The translations under genes and the position numbers were made by a program. Positions 60,779-64,000 of a stretch of 64,000 bases of DNA are shown here, one piece after another. How positions within the stretch are numbered: position 1 is the stretch's first letter; each line of letters opens with the position of its first letter. The notes beneath the pieces are model-generated. The model saw only the letters and a program-made list of their open reading frames with translations, was not told where the DNA came from and made no database searches. Source of the stretch: Candidatus Algichlamydia australiensis (lineage in GTDB: Bacteria > Chlamydiota > Chlamydiia > Chlamydiales > JAJFMI01); NCBI GenBank assembly GCA_033977065.1, contig JAXCHI010000004.1, forward strand, positions 433,236-497,235. The letters are read 5' to 3'.

Positions 60779-60938
60779 ATAGCGTCGTCAAAAGCATACA
60801 ACCATCTTATTTTTCATGTTTGGGCTCCATTTTTGTGCTCAAATGAAGCGGAATTTACAAATTCAGCTTCAATTTCCGCACAAAAATAAGCTGCAAACAT
60901 GAAAAATAATCTGATTATAGCCTTTTGACGACACTATC
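60778..60938 (+). mobile_element. Family-B hairpin element (161 bp)
   Basis: GATAGCGTCGTCAAAAG...CTTTTGACGACACTATC with TA flanks; overlaps the stops of both convergent genes. Confidence 0.93.
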
Positions 60939-62211
60939 TAGTTTCTTTCAATTCTTCATTCTTTTTGATAGCAGTAAAGTAAGCCAGTGCGATTGACGCA
61001 ATAATTCCATTGATAGAGAGTGCAAGCAAAAAGAGCGCGTTTCGCCTCTTCTGGGCATAGTGCGTATAATTCAAGTAGAGTAGGCAAGTAGAGAGGTTCA
61101 CAGAGAAGACTGCTTTGGATATTGCAATTCTCTCCCAGTTCTTAGCGTTTAGAGAGTAGTAGCTCCCAAAAAAAGAATGTATAACTTCCGAGCCGAGCTT
61201 CCCTCTTGTAAGAGTTTTTTGTGAGAAGACAAACCAAGAGGGGACACCACCTCCGTACTTATTTCCAATCAATAAGATTGCGAAAGTAGTTTTTGAAAAC
61301 GAAAGAATATTTTTTACGGTTTCAATAAAGCTCAATCTAACAAAGGTTGCCTCACAAACTTTTTTACCTTCAGCATAAATTTTTTGCATTTTTGATAGTG
61401 AATTCAAGTCTTTTGTTGCCGCTGCAAGACCATCTCGTCCATCACCTTCAATGAGATCAAGTGCGCTTAATGAGCCTGTAACAGATGCAGTTGAGTACTT
61501 AACAAAAGAGGTGTTGGTAGTCCAAAGATTCTTTGTGGATTTTGCAAAAATCTTTAGTTTGGATTCACAGTAAACTTCCTTCTTCTCTTCTTTATTCTCT
61601 TTCTTGTTCCAAGCATCAATACCATCAAAAAAGAGAATGGCAAGCTTGCAAACATAAAGGAAGTTTCTGGACTTTTCAAATTTAAACACAAACGCAGTAA
61701 CACGGTAGCTTTGGGAGATAAAACGAGTGGCTTGCCCACACATTTTCACGGTCTCATTTTTTTCAAAGCTTTTCCACGCTTTTAAAGCGGCTTTAGTTCC
61801 GCTAAATACGCATTTGGTATTTGAGATGATTTTAAAACCGTAAGAGTCAAGGCTTAAAACATTGATCCCATACATCTCAAATACAGCAATTAGTTTACAT
61901 ACTTTTGCTGCAACTTCTGAGAAGTGGATAGAGATCGTTCTAAATGAGCGGTTAGAATTTCCAAGCTCCACAAAAAGTGCTGTCAACGTTTCAGGTGTTG
62001 TTTGGATAGCGGAGATGTTCTTTAAATCATAAGTGGCACGAACCCAGCCTCCTGAACTTTTGCGGTCTACTAAACTGCTTGCATGCAGGGCATCAGCTCC
62101 AACATCCGCAACCTTTGCAAAAAAAGAGGGGGAGGTGCGCATTTTTTCTTCGAGATTACCTAAGCCTGAAAAAATACTATCTTTGAGTGAAACTTTAGAT
62201 CCATTTGCCAT
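60934..62211 (-). CDS. Hypothetical protein with apparent internal duplication
   Basis: 425-aa ORF; two similar roughly 200-aa halves. Confidence 0.65.
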   Translation of the reverse strand: MANGSKVSLKDSIFSGLGNLEEKMRTSPSFFAKVADVGADALHASSLVDRKSSGGWVRATYDLKNISAIQTTPETLTALFVELGNSNRSFRTISIHFSEVAAKVCKLIAVFEMYGINVLSLDSYGFKIISNTKCVFSGTKAALKAWKSFEKNETVKMCGQATRFISQSYRVTAFVFKFEKSRNFLYVCKLAILFFDGIDAWNKKENKEEKKEVYCESKLKIFAKSTKNLWTTNTSFVKYSTASVTGSLSALDLIEGDGRDGLAAATKDLNSLSKMQKIYAEGKKVCEATFVRLSFIETVKNILSFSKTTFAILLIGNKYGGGVPSWFVFSQKTLTRGKLGSEVIHSFFGSYYSLNAKNWERIAISKAVFSVNLSTCLLYLNYTHYAQKRRNALFLLALSINGIIASIALAYFTAIKKNEELKETR

Positions 62212-62322
62212 ACCGGACAGTATGGCAAGGCCTCCATTTTTTTTAAAGGAAAATTTAAGAATTTCAACTAATACAGATAAATAATACTTTAGTTTTATTT
62301 ATTTAGTTTTTATTAGTTAGTT

Positions 62323-63432
62323 ATGAGGATATTGGTTTTATCCCTTATACTTTTTGCATCTTGTTCAATTCCATCACGCACAACTTTGCGCGGAGCTGGT
62401 GGTCGCAGCTCTTATAATGAGGCGATTCAAAGAACATCACGTGAGCAAATGCTCTTAAACCTCGTTCGCTTGCGCTATTGTGATACCCCCTTTTTTCTTG
62501 ATGTCTCTTCAGTAACCACCTCTTTCTCTTACGGAGCCAAAACTACCCAGAGTTTACCTATCCCTGGGTTTAGTACAACAAACCCCTTTATTCTTGGAGG
62601 GGAGCTCTCGTGGAGCAACACCCCAACAATTCAATATAGCCCTTTAGAAGGGAAGCAATTTGCCGTACAACTTCTCCAACCTATTGATTTGATCATTATT
62701 CAAGGACTTATTTACTCAGGCTGGGATATTGATCGCGTGCTCAAGCTTACTGTTCAGCGGTTAGGAGAGCTTGTGAACGCCCCTAACGCTTCCGGTCCTA
62801 CCCCTATGACTGTTCCACAATATAAAAAATTTTTTAGAGCAGTCGAGCTACTGCGCCACTTTCAGGTTGAAGATGAGTTGCAAGTGGGGGTTTTAATTAA
62901 AAAGAACAAGATGGGTGGTGAGAATGGGACAGAAGAATTTGAATATGATGGCACCGGGTTGCAAATCAGTTTTCCCGATGGCTCACCTGAAGCCGAGGAG
63001 CTCGCAAAGCTATTAGATTCAAATAAGCACCAATGTGGTCGCTACTACGCTGAACTGATGGTTGGTTATTCCCAAGAGCTCCAGTATGGGGTAAACTCTC
63101 GCTCTATTCTTGCGTGTATGTACTACATGAGCCTTGGAATTAAAGTGCCCCCTTGGGATATTACCAACCAATCTGTCATTATTACGAAAACCAAAGAGGG
63201 AAATTTTTTCAATTGGGAAGAGGTGCTGGGAAATCTTTTTCAGATCAAGTGGTGCCAAGATTATCCCGACCATGCCTACGTGGCGATTCAGTATCGCAAC
63301 CATTGGTTTTACATTGACGACTATGACAGCGCATCTAAGCGCACCTTTGTTCTCTTGATGCAGCTCTACTCACTCCAATCAGGAGAGGCGAAAACCGAAG
63401 GTCCTGTCCTGACTATTCCTGTAGGAATCTAG
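62323..63432 (+). CDS. Hypothetical lipoprotein
   Basis: FASC lipobox; YNEAI...EQMLLNLVRLRY; WFYIDD.D..SK. Confidence 0.75.
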   Translation: MRILVLSLILFASCSIPSRTTLRGAGGRSSYNEAIQRTSREQMLLNLVRLRYCDTPFFLDVSSVTTSFSYGAKTTQSLPIPGFSTTNPFILGGELSWSNTPTIQYSPLEGKQFAVQLLQPIDLIIIQGLIYSGWDIDRVLKLTVQRLGELVNAPNASGPTPMTVPQYKKFFRAVELLRHFQVEDELQVGVLIKKNKMGGENGTEEFEYDGTGLQISFPDGSPEAEELAKLLDSNKHQCGRYYAELMVGYSQELQYGVNSRSILACMYYMSLGIKVPPWDITNQSVIITKTKEGNFFNWEEVLGNLFQIKWCQDYPDHAYVAIQYRNHWFYIDDYDSASKRTFVLLMQLYSLQSGEAKTEGPVLTIPVGI

Positions 63433-63446
63433 CACTCTGTAACAGA
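63429..63446. repeat. Solo family-A terminal fragment
   Basis: CTAGCACTCTGTAACAGA on the lipoprotein stop codon. Confidence 0.7.
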
Positions 63447-63452
63447 CTATTA

Positions 63453-63613
63453 GATAGTGTCGTCAAAAGCATACAACCATCTTATTTTTCATGTTTGGGC
63501 TCCATTTTTGTGCTCAAATGAAGCGGAATTTACAAATTCAGCTTCAATTTCCGCACAAAAATAAGCTGCAAACATGAAAAATAATCTGATTATAGCCTTT
63601 TGACGACACTATC
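63453..63613 (+). mobile_element. Family-B hairpin element (161 bp)
   Basis: Perfect terminal IR GATAGTGTCGTCAAAAG with TA flanks. Confidence 0.93.
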
Positions 63614-63622
63614 TAGTATTCC

Positions 63623-64000
63623 CTAGTTGATAGCTGGAATCAACTCGAGATTCATAGAAATTACCTCACTGCGTAACCACTCTAAAATAGAGGTCTCTCC
63701 ATCGGCAAGATAAGTTGTAAGAGCAAAAAGTTTTAAAAAGTGCGCACCGAATCGCCTAGCACCTTCTAAGCAAACATTGAGGTAGCTTTGATGAGGGAGC
63801 GCATTTTTCTCTTCATCACCTTTGGGAAGCATCAGAACGTAGGCTTCCTCTACTTTTGGCAATTTTCCATAAACAGTTTCGACATAGTCAACAACTTGAA
63901 TTTTTTTCCACCCATAGCCCTTCTCTCGCTCGGCTAGACTCTTGAGATCTTCTTTATCCACTTCATAAACTGCCCCTGGAAGCAAATCCTCAAGGTTGTC
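63623..64000 (-). CDS. Gamma-glutamylcyclotransferase-like protein (5' partial)
   Basis: GAVYEV...L..L.ERE.GY and P..SYL..C..GA pattern. Confidence 0.6.
   Translation of the reverse strand, partial: DNLEDLLPGAVYEVDKEDLKSLAEREKGYGWKKIQVVDYVETVYGKLPKVEEAYVLMLPKGDEEKNALPHQSYLNVCLEGARRFGAHFLKLFALTTYLADGETSILEWLRSEVISMNLELIPAIN

Overview
A gene-dense segment, most likely from an environmental Chlamydiota genome (inferred from the NUE-like SET protein, DASS transporter, fused AroDE, Inc-like hairpin proteins, Rpn nucleases and eukaryote-like effectors). It carries housekeeping genes (trmB, pgi, recF, adk, mnmA, treY, aroC/K/A/B/DE, aconitase), tRNA-Leu(TAG), tRNA-Pro(TGG), many alpha/beta hydrolases and candidate host-directed effectors (two viral-tegument-like deubiquitinases, a Ser/Thr kinase, Ank-SET-Ank, a PARG-like macrodomain, a PTP-like phytase, a secreted chorismate mutase). 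The most striking feature is a set of non-coding miniature inverted-repeat elements from four unrelated terminal-repeat families (my labels A-D), about 18 copies or remnants, with no cognate transposase in the window. The short member of each family is a roughly 160-170 bp fold-back hairpin. They stack at shared CTAG sites, nest inside one another, sit on stop codons between convergent genes, and interrupt thiN (twice) and a 2OG-Fe(II) oxygenase; exact removal restores open full-length frames. All assignments come from reading motifs by eye; no searches were run.
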